The position numbers and the translations under genes are program-made. The notes under the pieces are model-generated. The model was not told the origin of the DNA, did no database searches, and saw only the letters and a list, made by a program, of their open reading frames with translations. A DNA stretch of 64,000 bases from an uncultured Verrucomicrobiota bacterium (GTDB lineage: Bacteria; Verrucomicrobiota; Kiritimatiellia; CAIVKH01), in contig CALKUH010000045.1 of assembly GCA_937996795.1 (NCBI GenBank), forward strand, positions 3,541 through 67,540, given 5' to 3'. Below, piece by piece: positions 41,948-50,780 of this stretch. Position 1 is the stretch's first letter, and the number at the start of each line of letters is the position of its first letter.

Positions 41948-43438
41948 ATGGACCAGGACGCCGCGGAAGTCGTTGTCGATGCCCAGATCGAGGAATTTCA
42001 GTCGTTGCGCGGCTCGCGCCCCGGCACAGATGCCAACGTCATCATCCAGATCGCCGTCGGTATTCTGGGTACGCTCATCGTTGCGTTCGGCGTGACTCCG
42101 CTCAATGACACCAAGGCCGACTATCTGTACGGCATCGTCAACGAACGTGGTCCCGTGCAATACCTCGAACTGCTGATGTCCTTCATGGTGGGCGCGCTGA
42201 TTGTCCTCAAGAGCAAGATCGTGAATCGCAACCTGCGGGTGATTGCGTCCAACCCGCTGCCGCCTGAACTCGACTTGAACGACGACAACGCGCTGCAGGC
42301 GTTCCGCGATTCCCTGCCGCAGCGTCCTGAATTTGAGTGGAGCATCCTGCTGAACCGGCTCGACCGGGCGCTTGCCCTCTGGCTGGGCAGCAAGGACATC
42401 GCGCGCGTTTCCTCGTATGTCCAGATGGAGTCTTCGCGCGACCAGAGCTCCTCCGACTCGTCGTATGCCATTGCAAAGGTGCTGATGTGGGCCATCCCGA
42501 TCCTGGGCTTCATTGGTACGGTGCAAGGGCTGGGCGTGGCCGTCGCCGGCTTCGGCGTGCTGGGCGGATCGGCCGACGTCAGCGCGATCAAGTCCGCCAT
42601 CGGCCAGGTGACCGTGGGTCTCGGCGTCGCCTTCGACACCACGCTGCTGGCCCTCGTGCTCACCACGCTGCTGATGTTCCCGCTGACGTCGTTCCAACGA
42701 AAAGAGGAAAACCTCTTCGGCGAAATCGACAACTACCTGGACGACGTCTTGCTCGCCCGCCTCCCGTCGCCCGAGCAGAAGCCCATCGTGATCGAGAACC
42801 TGGAAGACTCCATCGAGGCCGCCTTCCGGCGTTATATCCCGGACCCGGACCGCTACGATGAGGTCTTCACCCGGTCGATCGAGAAAGCCGCGCTGACGGT
42901 CGAGGAGCGCTTCGGCGGGCTGTCCACCAAGTATGAAGCGACCTTGCGCGACCTCAGCCAGCGCGTGGCGGATAATTTGAAGAGCGCGGGCGCCACGGTT
43001 GAGCAGAGCATGCGCGGGATTGCGGACGACCTGCGCAAGCAGGACGAACACGCGATGGAGTCGCGCCGCAAGGCCCTGGCCGATGAAGCCAACCGCTTCA
43101 AGGATGTCGTCGCGGATATTAATTCCACCGCGGATCGCGTCGCGCAATCCTACCGGCAGGGCGCCGAAGCCGTGCAGAGCGCCACCAAGGACACGGTCCA
43201 GCAGGCCCTGTCCGCGACGCGCGACCTGACCGGTCGCATGGAAGAGGTTTCCCGCCTCGCCGCCAACATCGACCAGTTGCTCAAGCTCAACCAGTCGATC
43301 AACCAGAGCATGAGCACCGTCGCCAGCTCGGACCAGTTCCGCGCCACGTTGGAAGACCTGCGGAAGCATTTGTCCACGACCACCGAGTTTTGCGCGCGCC
43401 TGAGCAAGCCGCGCGTGATCACGTTGCGCGAAGAGTAA
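41948..43438 (+). CDS. MotA/TolQ/ExbB-family proton channel with a roughly 190-aa C-terminal coiled-coil tail
   Basis: It has four predicted TM helices including the conserved PILGFIGTVQGLGVAVAGF block. Its heptad-rich tail resembles MCP/TolA-like coiled coils. Confidence 0.7.
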   Translation: MDQDAAEVVVDAQIEEFQSLRGSRPGTDANVIIQIAVGILGTLIVAFGVTPLNDTKADYLYGIVNERGPVQYLELLMSFMVGALIVLKSKIVNRNLRVIASNPLPPELDLNDDNALQAFRDSLPQRPEFEWSILLNRLDRALALWLGSKDIARVSSYVQMESSRDQSSSDSSYAIAKVLMWAIPILGFIGTVQGLGVAVAGFGVLGGSADVSAIKSAIGQVTVGLGVAFDTTLLALVLTTLLMFPLTSFQRKEENLFGEIDNYLDDVLLARLPSPEQKPIVIENLEDSIEAAFRRYIPDPDRYDEVFTRSIEKAALTVEERFGGLSTKYEATLRDLSQRVADNLKSAGATVEQSMRGIADDLRKQDEHAMESRRKALADEANRFKDVVADINSTADRVAQSYRQGAEAVQSATKDTVQQALSATRDLTGRMEEVSRLAANIDQLLKLNQSINQSMSTVASSDQFRATLEDLRKHLSTTTEFCARLSKPRVITLREE

Positions 43439-43459
43439 TCGCACGAATCGGAATCGAGC

Positions 43460-43984
43460 ATGGCCGAAGCGGCAAAAACGGACTTTTCGTCCTTCATGTG
43501 CGTGATTCTGATGCTCACCGGCTGCCTGGTGACCATCATGATCAGCAACATCATCATCATTGCCGCCAACCCCGAAAACGTGCAGATCACGTCGATCATT
43601 CCCCAAGGTATGGACCCGGCCAATGACAAGCCGGTCGAGGACAGCCAGGGCAACATCATCAAGAGCCCGTGGTATCTGGAGGTCTGGCGCGACCGCATGA
43701 TCATCCACCCCGGCGGCGAGGAAATCGGCGTGCGCGAGTTGGAGCAGAAGGACAACGCGTTCGAGCAATTTTTGACACGTGTCCAGGCTCGCAACGACCG
43801 GCAGTACATCGTTCTCCTCGTGCGCGAGCATGGCGCGACGATCGCCCGCAAGTTGAAGAAGGTGATCCGCGACCGGAAAATCGACATCGGTATGGACCTG
43901 CTGTATTCGACGGAGCCCATCAAACTTCGGAACGTCAGCACCGGTGCGGTCGAGACCGCAACCGCCACCGCGGCGGGGACCTAG
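43460..43984 (+). CDS. ExbD/TolR-like protein, first paralog (single N-terminal TM)
   Basis: It has an N-terminal TM FSSFMCVILMLTGCLV and an ExbD-like periplasmic fold pattern. Confidence 0.6.
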   Translation: MAEAAKTDFSSFMCVILMLTGCLVTIMISNIIIIAANPENVQITSIIPQGMDPANDKPVEDSQGNIIKSPWYLEVWRDRMIIHPGGEEIGVRELEQKDNAFEQFLTRVQARNDRQYIVLLVREHGATIARKLKKVIRDRKIDIGMDLLYSTEPIKLRNVSTGAVETATATAAGT

Positions 43985-43993
43985 GAAACCGTC

Positions 43994-44635
43994 ATGGCAA
44001 AAAAGGCCGATGCTACGGGCGCGATCAACCTCGACTCCTTCCTGGATGTGTTGACCTGCCTGCAGGGCATCCTGATGCTGGTCATCATCGCGACAGGCAT
44101 TGATGCCGCGCAGACCAAAGTCCTCGTGCCGACGCCCATCGAGAAACAAAGCACCAAAATTCCGATCTACCTGGAATGCCGTGGAAACCTGATCTACCCG
44201 ATGGAAGTGACCGATCTGGCCCGCCAGGCGCGCATGTCGATGATGCAAATGAGCCAGCAATCGCAGGGCGACCAGACCAAATTGATGCAGGCGCTCGCGA
44301 CGACACGCGTCACCAACGAGTATTATGAGGTCGACCTCACGTATTATCTGCTGGGTCAATTGGTGATCAAGACCCGCGCGGATTCAAACGCCACCGGGCA
44401 CGCCCTCGATGAACGCTCAACGTTCTCCACGGACAACTTCCTGGTCCGCCTGCTCAAGACGGTGGACAAGGACAAGCAGCGCTTGGTGCTGGTGGTCCGG
44501 GACGACAGCTTCAACGTGTTTAAGGTGGCCCAGCGGCTCGCCTTCCTGGCGCAACTGGAACTGGGCGTGGAGATCTACGACGCCCGCGAGCTGCTGCGCT
44601 TCACCCAGCAGGGCGCCCTGATCACCGGCAGTTAA
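43994..44635 (+). CDS. ExbD/TolR-like protein, second paralog
   Basis: INLDSFLDVLTCLQGILMLVI matches the ExbD/TolR N-terminal signature. Confidence 0.7.
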   Translation: MAKKADATGAINLDSFLDVLTCLQGILMLVIIATGIDAAQTKVLVPTPIEKQSTKIPIYLECRGNLIYPMEVTDLARQARMSMMQMSQQSQGDQTKLMQALATTRVTNEYYEVDLTYYLLGQLVIKTRADSNATGHALDERSTFSTDNFLVRLLKTVDKDKQRLVLVVRDDSFNVFKVAQRLAFLAQLELGVEIYDARELLRFTQQGALITGS

Positions 44636-44708
44636 TCCTGCTTTTTGCGCTGACAGCCGCGCGCCGGTTGTTCACAGTATCCGTTTGTTCATCCGGAGGC
44701 GTCGAATC

Positions 44709-45143
44709 ATGTCCGTCATGGAAGCCAAAGAGATCATGCAGATTCTGCCGCATCGGTATCCGATGCTGCTTGTGGACCGTGTCATTGAATGCGACTTCAA
44801 ACAGCGCATCGTCGCGGTCAAGAACCTGACCATGGGCGAGCCCTGCTTCCAGGGGCATTTCCCGAACGACCCGATCTTCCCGGGCGTGCTGCAACTGGAG
44901 GCGATGGCCCAGACCGGCGGCATCCTGATGAACAAGGCCTTCGGACATGAAGGCCGCATCGCGTATTTCCTCGCCGTGGACAAGGCCCGGTTCCGCCGCA
45001 TCGTCCGGCCCGGCGACCAGATCCGCATCGAAGTAGTCTTCCAGCGCGCGCGCCTGGGCATGTCGAAAATGCAGGGCCGCGTCTTTGTCGGTGACGAGCT
45101 GGCGAGCGAGGCCGAGATCATGTTCGGCTATGGGGACGCCTGA
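44709..45143 (+). CDS. fabZ: 3-hydroxyacyl-ACP dehydratase
   Basis: It has the LPHRYPMLLVDRV motif, the GHFP catalytic His and a hotdog fold. Confidence 0.9.
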   Translation: MSVMEAKEIMQILPHRYPMLLVDRVIECDFKQRIVAVKNLTMGEPCFQGHFPNDPIFPGVLQLEAMAQTGGILMNKAFGHEGRIAYFLAVDKARFRRIVRPGDQIRIEVVFQRARLGMSKMQGRVFVGDELASEAEIMFGYGDA

Positions 45144-45146
45144 TTC

Positions 45147-45920
45147 ATGGCCGACATTCATCCCTCCGCCGTGGTTGCGCCAGGCGCTCAGCTGGCCACG
45201 GATGTCGTGGTCGGTCCCTTCTGCTGTGTCGGCCCCGAGGTGTCGCTGGGCGCGGGAACGCGCCTGATCTCGCATGTGGTCGTGAGCGGCTTTACGCGCG
45301 TCGGGGCGGGATGCGTGTTCTTTCCCTTTGCCAGCATTGGCGTGCAGACGCAGGACCTGAAGTTCAAGGGCGGGCGGCCCGGCACGGTGATCGGCGACCA
45401 TACGACCGTGCGCGAGAACGTAACGATTCACGCGGCGACGGACGACGGCAACCTCACGGTGATCGGATCGCACGGCCACATCATGGCCTACGCGCACGTC
45501 GCGCATGACTGCCGCATCGGCGACCACGTCATCCTGTCCAACGGCGCGCAACTCGCAGGCCATGTCCAGGTCGAGGACCACGCCATCGTCAGCGCGATGA
45601 CCGGCGTCCACCAGTTCGGACGGGTGGGGCGCTACAGTTTTATCGGCGCGTACTGCAAGGTCACCCAGGACGTGCCGCCGTATATGCTGGTGGATGGCGT
45701 GCCCGCCCGCGTGCCGGCGCCCAATGCAGTCGGCCTGAAGCGCGCGGGATTCAGCGAGGAAACGCAGCGCGCGCTCAAGCAGGCCCACCGCCTCTTGTTC
45801 CGCAGCGAGCTCGCCACCGGCGAGGCGCTCCGGCAAATTGAGGAAACCGTGGAGCAAACGCCGGAGGTGCGCCATCTGGTCGCCTTCGTGCGCGCGTCCG
45901 AACGGGGCATCGTGAAGTGA
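45147..45920 (+). CDS. lpxA: UDP-N-acetylglucosamine O-acyltransferase
   Basis: It has a hexapeptide-repeat LpxA sequence with a C-terminal helical domain. Confidence 0.9.
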   Translation: MADIHPSAVVAPGAQLATDVVVGPFCCVGPEVSLGAGTRLISHVVVSGFTRVGAGCVFFPFASIGVQTQDLKFKGGRPGTVIGDHTTVRENVTIHAATDDGNLTVIGSHGHIMAYAHVAHDCRIGDHVILSNGAQLAGHVQVEDHAIVSAMTGVHQFGRVGRYSFIGAYCKVTQDVPPYMLVDGVPARVPAPNAVGLKRAGFSEETQRALKQAHRLLFRSELATGEALRQIEETVEQTPEVRHLVAFVRASERGIVK

Positions 45921-47839
45921 AGAAGCTGGCCCATCTTGTTTTGGCGCTGGCGCTGGCGGTCGCGCCGGTCGCGCCGCTGGCTGCGCGGGCGGAAGAGGGG
46001 CCCTACGTCAATTTCAGCTTCGACCAGGTGGAGATTCCCGTCCTTGTGAAGCTGGTCGGCGAAATGACCGGCCGCCGGTTCGTCGTCGGCGAGGAAATCA
46101 CCGGCCGCGTCACGGTCGTAACCCCGCAGCGGATCCCGGTCAAGGATGCCTATCCGCTGCTCGTGTCCATCCTCGAATCGCGCGGACTCGGCATCCTGGA
46201 GCAGGGCGGATTGCACCGCGTCATCCTGCTGCCGGAACGGGCCGTTCCCGGCGCCACCGTGATGATCCCGGAGGATGACAGCACGAATGCCGTGGGGTTG
46301 GTGACCAAGCTGATCCGCGTGCAGCACGTCAGTGTCTCCGAGTTGCGCCGCCTGCTGGAACCGCTTGTGCGCGGCGGCAAGTCCGGCGCGCTCGCGGCGT
46401 TTCCGCCCACGAATCACCTGATCATCACGGACACCGCCGAGAATGTGCGCCAGATCGAGCGCATCATCGGCGAGCTCGACAAGCCCGGCGCGGCGCGCGT
46501 CGTCGATGTGATCCCGCTCAAACACGCCGCCCCGGATGACCTGGCCCGCCAGCTTGTCGCCGCCATGAAGGGCGGCGCGAGCGCCGGCGAGAAAGTATCG
46601 CGTCATCTCCAGCAGGTGGGCGAGGGCATGGGCGCGCTGCCCGCGGACGTCGTGGTCGTGCCCGCGCCCCGCGCGAACAGCATCATCATCGTGGGCACCC
46701 CGGTGCAGTTGAACGAACTGCGCGAAATCGTCGCGCGCATGGATGTCGAGGCGCCTTCGGGGTACGGGCGGCTGCACGCGATCTTCCTCAAATACCTGTC
46801 CGCCGAGGAGGCGGCCAAGAGCCTCACCGCGCTGCTGGCCAAGACCGACAAGGAGCGCGCGCCCATCGCCATCGAACACAACCTTGCGAACAATGCGCTG
46901 GTGGTCGATGCGAGCCCGCAGGATTTCGAATTCCTCAAAAAACTCGTCGAGCAGCTCGACCAGGTGCCGCAGCAGGTCATGGTGGAGGTCCTGCTGGCCG
47001 AGGTCGCCGTCGGGCGCTCCCTGGATCTCGGCGTACGCCTGGCGACGGTGGACCAACCGAAGGACGGTTCCACGACGGTGATTGGCGGCAGTCAGCCCTC
47101 GGAGACGGATGCCGTGATGAATTTCCTCGAGACGGGCGCCTTCCCCCAGGGCCTCGCAATCGGTGTCGCGCGGGGCACCTACACCGATGCGGCGGGCAAT
47201 ATCGTTCCAAGCATCCCGATCCTGATCCAGGCCCTCGCGCAGAATCGCGACGTCAAGATTCTCTCCAATGTTCCCTTGTGGGCGCAGAACAACGTCGAGG
47301 CCAGCGTCAGCGTCGTGGAGAACATCCCGATCCTGCGTTCGACGATCGAAGGCGGGGCGGGCACCTCGCGCGATGTCATCCAGAACATCGACCGCATCGA
47401 TGTCGGCATCAAACTGAAACTCACCCCGCACGTGAATCCCGACGGCGACATCACGCTCCAACTCAACCCGAGCATTGAGGCGATTGTCGATGAAGGCCCT
47501 GCGGATACGCAATTCGCCCCGTCCATCGCCAAGCGCGAGGTCTCCACCACCGTCACCCTGCCGAACAAGGCCACCGTTGTGATCAGCGGCCTCATTCGCG
47601 AAGACCGCGTGAACATCGTGAGCAAGGTCCCGCTGCTGGGCGACCTGCCGCTGATCGGCTTCCTGTTTCGCAGCAAGAGCGAGCGCGTCCAGCGCACGAA
47701 CCTGTTGATCTTCGTGACGCCGCACATCGTGACCGACATGGCGGCGGCGCGCGCGATGCAGCAAAAATTGCAGCAACAAACGAAAATCGATGTCGAACCG
47801 GCGACGCTCAACATGGATGCGCCGGTCCCGTTGAAGTAG
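45917..47839 (+). CDS. Outer-membrane secretin of the GspD/PilQ family
   Basis: It has a signal peptide, repeated Secretin_N domains and the C-terminal VPLLGDLPLIGFLFRS...LLIFVTPHIV motif. Its GTG start overlaps the lpxA stop. Confidence 0.85.
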   Translation: MKKLAHLVLALALAVAPVAPLAARAEEGPYVNFSFDQVEIPVLVKLVGEMTGRRFVVGEEITGRVTVVTPQRIPVKDAYPLLVSILESRGLGILEQGGLHRVILLPERAVPGATVMIPEDDSTNAVGLVTKLIRVQHVSVSELRRLLEPLVRGGKSGALAAFPPTNHLIITDTAENVRQIERIIGELDKPGAARVVDVIPLKHAAPDDLARQLVAAMKGGASAGEKVSRHLQQVGEGMGALPADVVVVPAPRANSIIIVGTPVQLNELREIVARMDVEAPSGYGRLHAIFLKYLSAEEAAKSLTALLAKTDKERAPIAIEHNLANNALVVDASPQDFEFLKKLVEQLDQVPQQVMVEVLLAEVAVGRSLDLGVRLATVDQPKDGSTTVIGGSQPSETDAVMNFLETGAFPQGLAIGVARGTYTDAAGNIVPSIPILIQALAQNRDVKILSNVPLWAQNNVEASVSVVENIPILRSTIEGGAGTSRDVIQNIDRIDVGIKLKLTPHVNPDGDITLQLNPSIEAIVDEGPADTQFAPSIAKREVSTTVTLPNKATVVISGLIREDRVNIVSKVPLLGDLPLIGFLFRSKSERVQRTNLLIFVTPHIVTDMAAARAMQQKLQQQTKIDVEPATLNMDAPVPLK

Positions 47840-47848
47840 GGAACCCCC

Positions 47849-49540
47849 GTGCGCATCGGCGAAATCCTGGCCGCGAAAGGCTATGCGCAGCCGGCCCAGA
47901 TCGAGGCGGCGTTGCGCGAACAGCAGGAGCAGCAGCCCCGCGCGCTGCTCGGCGAAATTCTCTGCCGCCGCAAGGTCATCACCGAGGCCCAGCTCGCCGA
48001 AGCGCTGGGCGAACAGTTCGGCCTGCCGTTTGTCCCCGCCATTGAACCCGTCTGGCTCCAGCCCGCCCTTGTCGAGCGCCTCTCGGTGGACTGGGCCCGC
48101 ACGCACCGCCTGCTCCCGATTTTGCGCGAAGGCCAGGTCTTTGCACTGACGGCGGACCCTGCCGCCGTCGCACGCCTCGATGAACTCTCGCTCCTGCTCG
48201 GTCGCGATGTCGTGCCCCTCATCACAACGTCCGCCGAGCTGCGCCGCGCGATTGATCTCTGCTATGCGCAGCGCGCCACGCCTGGCTGGGCCGCGGAATC
48301 CGCGCCCGACCACGCCGAGACGCCCGCGGAGAGCCATGCCGAGGATCTGCTGCGCGCAACCGAGGATGCGCCCGTCGCGCAATACGTCAACGGGCTGTTG
48401 CTCGATGCGGTGCGCCGCCGCGCCTCCGACATCCATCTCGAGCCGTTCGAGTCCCACCTGCAGGTCCGGTTTCGCGTGGATGGCTTCCTCTACGCGCAGC
48501 CTCCGCCGCCCAAATCGATTGAGTCCGCGTTGGTCTCCCGCATGAAGGTGATGGCGCGGCTCGACATCGCCGAGCGGCGCCTGCCACAGGACGGCATGGC
48601 CAAGGTCCGCGTCGGCCCGCGCGAGTACGACATCCGCGTGTCCACCGTGCCTGTCGCCGAGGGTGAGCGCGTCGTGCTGCGCCTGCTGAACCAGGAATCC
48701 CTGCTGCGTCCGCTCGGAACGCTGGGCATGCCCCCGGCCGTTGAATCCGATTTCCGCCGCGTGCTGACCGAACCCAACGGCGTCATCCTCGTGACCGGTC
48801 CGACCGGAAGCGGCAAGACCACCACGCTCTATGCCGCGTTGCAGGGCCTCGACACGCAGCGCCTGAACGTGATGACGATCGAAGACCCCATCGAGTACCA
48901 GTTGCCCGGCATCGCGCAGATCCAGGTGAAGCCGAAGATCGGCCTCACCTTCGCCCAGGGCCTGCGCCACATCCTGCGCCAGGACCCGGATGTGATTCTC
49001 GTGGGCGAAATCCGCGACGCGGAGACGGCGGAGATCGCCATCCGCGCCTCGCTCACCGGGCACCTCGTCTTCAGCACGCTGCACACCAACGATGCCCTCT
49101 CCGCGGTGATCCGCCTCGTGGACATGGGCGTGCCGTCCTACCTGCTTTCCTCCGCCTTGCGCGGCTGCCTCGCGCAACGCCTCGTCCGCCAGCTCTGCCC
49201 GACCTGTCGCAAGGCGTCGTTCCCCAACGAAGACGAGCTGCGTTCCCTCGGTCCGCATGCCGAGCGCCTGCGCGGCAAGGTCATCTGGCGTCCGGTCGGC
49301 TGCCCCGAGTGCCTCGGCGGCTACCGCGACCGCTGTGGCCTTTATGAATGGATCCGGTTCGGCGCCGACTGGGAATCCGCCCTGCGCGCCGGCGCGGACG
49401 GCGACGCCCTGCGCAAGCGCCGTCGCGAGATGGCCGTGCCCTCCTTGCTGGACGACGGGTTGGAGAAGGTCCGCAAGGGCGTCACCTCGCTGGAGGAAGT
49501 CCTCCGCACCGTCAGCGCGGACGCCGCATCCGTCCCATGA
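47849..49540 (+). CDS. Type II secretion/type IV pilus assembly ATPase (GspE/PilB family) with an N-terminal GSPII_E_N domain
   Basis: It has Walker A GPTGSGKTT, Asp and His boxes, and the C-terminal tetracysteine CPTC...CPEC. Confidence 0.85.
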   Translation: MRIGEILAAKGYAQPAQIEAALREQQEQQPRALLGEILCRRKVITEAQLAEALGEQFGLPFVPAIEPVWLQPALVERLSVDWARTHRLLPILREGQVFALTADPAAVARLDELSLLLGRDVVPLITTSAELRRAIDLCYAQRATPGWAAESAPDHAETPAESHAEDLLRATEDAPVAQYVNGLLLDAVRRRASDIHLEPFESHLQVRFRVDGFLYAQPPPPKSIESALVSRMKVMARLDIAERRLPQDGMAKVRVGPREYDIRVSTVPVAEGERVVLRLLNQESLLRPLGTLGMPPAVESDFRRVLTEPNGVILVTGPTGSGKTTTLYAALQGLDTQRLNVMTIEDPIEYQLPGIAQIQVKPKIGLTFAQGLRHILRQDPDVILVGEIRDAETAEIAIRASLTGHLVFSTLHTNDALSAVIRLVDMGVPSYLLSSALRGCLAQRLVRQLCPTCRKASFPNEDELRSLGPHAERLRGKVIWRPVGCPECLGGYRDRCGLYEWIRFGADWESALRAGADGDALRKRRREMAVPSLLDDGLEKVRKGVTSLEEVLRTVSADAASVP

Positions 49541-50730
49541 AAACGTTTGCGTTTCGCGGTTATGCGCGGGGGGGCGAGCGCACGCGCGGCCTAATCGAGG
49601 CGATGGATCCCAAGGAGGCGCGCGAGAAACTCGCCGCGCGCGGCGTGCTCGCGGAATCCGTGAATCCCGCCGGCGCGCACGGCGGTCGCCGCCGCTTCGG
49701 TTCCGCTGATCGATCCTCCCTCTATCGTGAACTTGGTTCGCTCCTCGCGTCGGGCGTGCCCGCCGTGGCCGCCCTCGACATCCTGCTCGACGCCCAGCCG
49801 CGCGAGCACATCGCGGCCCTGCTGGCCGCAGTACGCGATGCGCTGCGCGAAGGCGCCGGTTTCGCCCAGGCCCTGCCGGCGGCCTGCCCGGACATCACCG
49901 AATTTGAGATCGCCCTTCTCCTCACCGGCCAGCGCACCGGCCAACTCGGCGCCGTGCTCGCCCAGATGGCCGACTACCTCGACGAACAGCGCCGCCTGCG
50001 CGAGAGCATCCAATCCGCGCTGCTCTATCCGATGCTGGTCATCGGCCTTTCGCTCATCGTCGGCGTCGTCATGATGCTCGTCGTCCTGCCGCGCCTGTCC
50101 AACCTGTTTGAAGAGACCGGCGCGCAACTGCCCTGGCTGACCCGTGCGCTCCTGTGGATCGGCGGCCCCGGCCGCCTTCCGATCCTTGGCGTGCTGGCGG
50201 TTGTCGCCGGCGGTGTCTGGTGGAACGTGCGCAGCCTTCGCCGTACGCCGGAATCGCGTGTGCAGTGGGAACAGCGCTGGATGCGATGGCCGCTGATCGG
50301 CGTCGCCTTCCGCCACGTTGTCAGCATCCGTTTCACGCGCACCCTGGTCGTCCTGCTGCGCGGCGGCGTGCCGCTTGTCGAAGGCCTGCCGCTCGCGGCG
50401 CGGGCCAGCGGCAGCCGCTGGCTCGACCAGGAGATGAAACGCGGCGCGGAAACCGTGCGGCAGGGACGGCCCGTCGCCGCCGCGCTCGCGGATGCCCCGT
50501 GGGTCGGCGCGACCCTTCCGCCGTGGTACCGTGCGGGTGAAGCCAGCGGCGATCTCAACGGCATGCTCGAACAAGCCGCGCGCCGCTTCCAGGAACAATG
50601 GGAAACCCTGCTTCAACGCGTCGTCCGCCTCATGGAACCCGCGCTGATCCTGATGGTCGGCGTCTTCGTCCTGCTCGTCGCCCTCGCCATCCTGATGCCG
50701 CTGCTCTCGCTCAACCAGATGGCGTTCTGA
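49537..50730 (+). CDS. Inner-membrane platform protein (GspF/PilC family)
   Basis: It has two T2SSF repeats and three TM segments. Its ATGA overlaps the gspE stop. Confidence 0.8.
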   Translation: MKTFAFRGYARGGERTRGLIEAMDPKEAREKLAARGVLAESVNPAGAHGGRRRFGSADRSSLYRELGSLLASGVPAVAALDILLDAQPREHIAALLAAVRDALREGAGFAQALPAACPDITEFEIALLLTGQRTGQLGAVLAQMADYLDEQRRLRESIQSALLYPMLVIGLSLIVGVVMMLVVLPRLSNLFEETGAQLPWLTRALLWIGGPGRLPILGVLAVVAGGVWWNVRSLRRTPESRVQWEQRWMRWPLIGVAFRHVVSIRFTRTLVVLLRGGVPLVEGLPLAARASGSRWLDQEMKRGAETVRQGRPVAAALADAPWVGATLPPWYRAGEASGDLNGMLEQAARRFQEQWETLLQRVVRLMEPALILMVGVFVLLVALAILMPLLSLNQMAF

Positions 50731-50731
50731 G

Positions 50732-50780
50732 TTGCAACGTCTGTAAAAACTTTTTGGGGCGTTTACAACGTCTGTAAATT
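50732..50780. repeat. Paired 17-bp motif, locus 3. The copies are at 50732-50748 (TTGCAACGTCTGTAAAA) and 50764-50780 (TTACAACGTCTGTAAAT).
   Basis: The copies are read directly and share the 32-bp period of loci 1 and 2. They lie between convergent genes and overlap the bioD stop codon. Confidence 0.8.

Noticed and set aside
41948-44635. The operon start could be a Zorya-type anti-phage module (ZorA-like MotA with a tail plus ZorB).
   Set aside because: The partners are two ExbD/TolR-like proteins and lack a peptidoglycan-binding MotB/OmpA domain. No ZorC or ZorD-like genes follow. The downstream genes are envelope biogenesis and secretion genes.
45632-49258. A 1208-codon antisense ORF spans the secretin and gspE region. 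Other long antisense ORFs include 9307-11010, 15066-17456, 10646-12028 and 7187-8224.
   Set aside because: They lie opposite genes with unmistakable conserved protein signatures. They lack ribosome-binding sites and domain matches. They are the expected stop-codon-poor shadow frames of a high-G+C genome.
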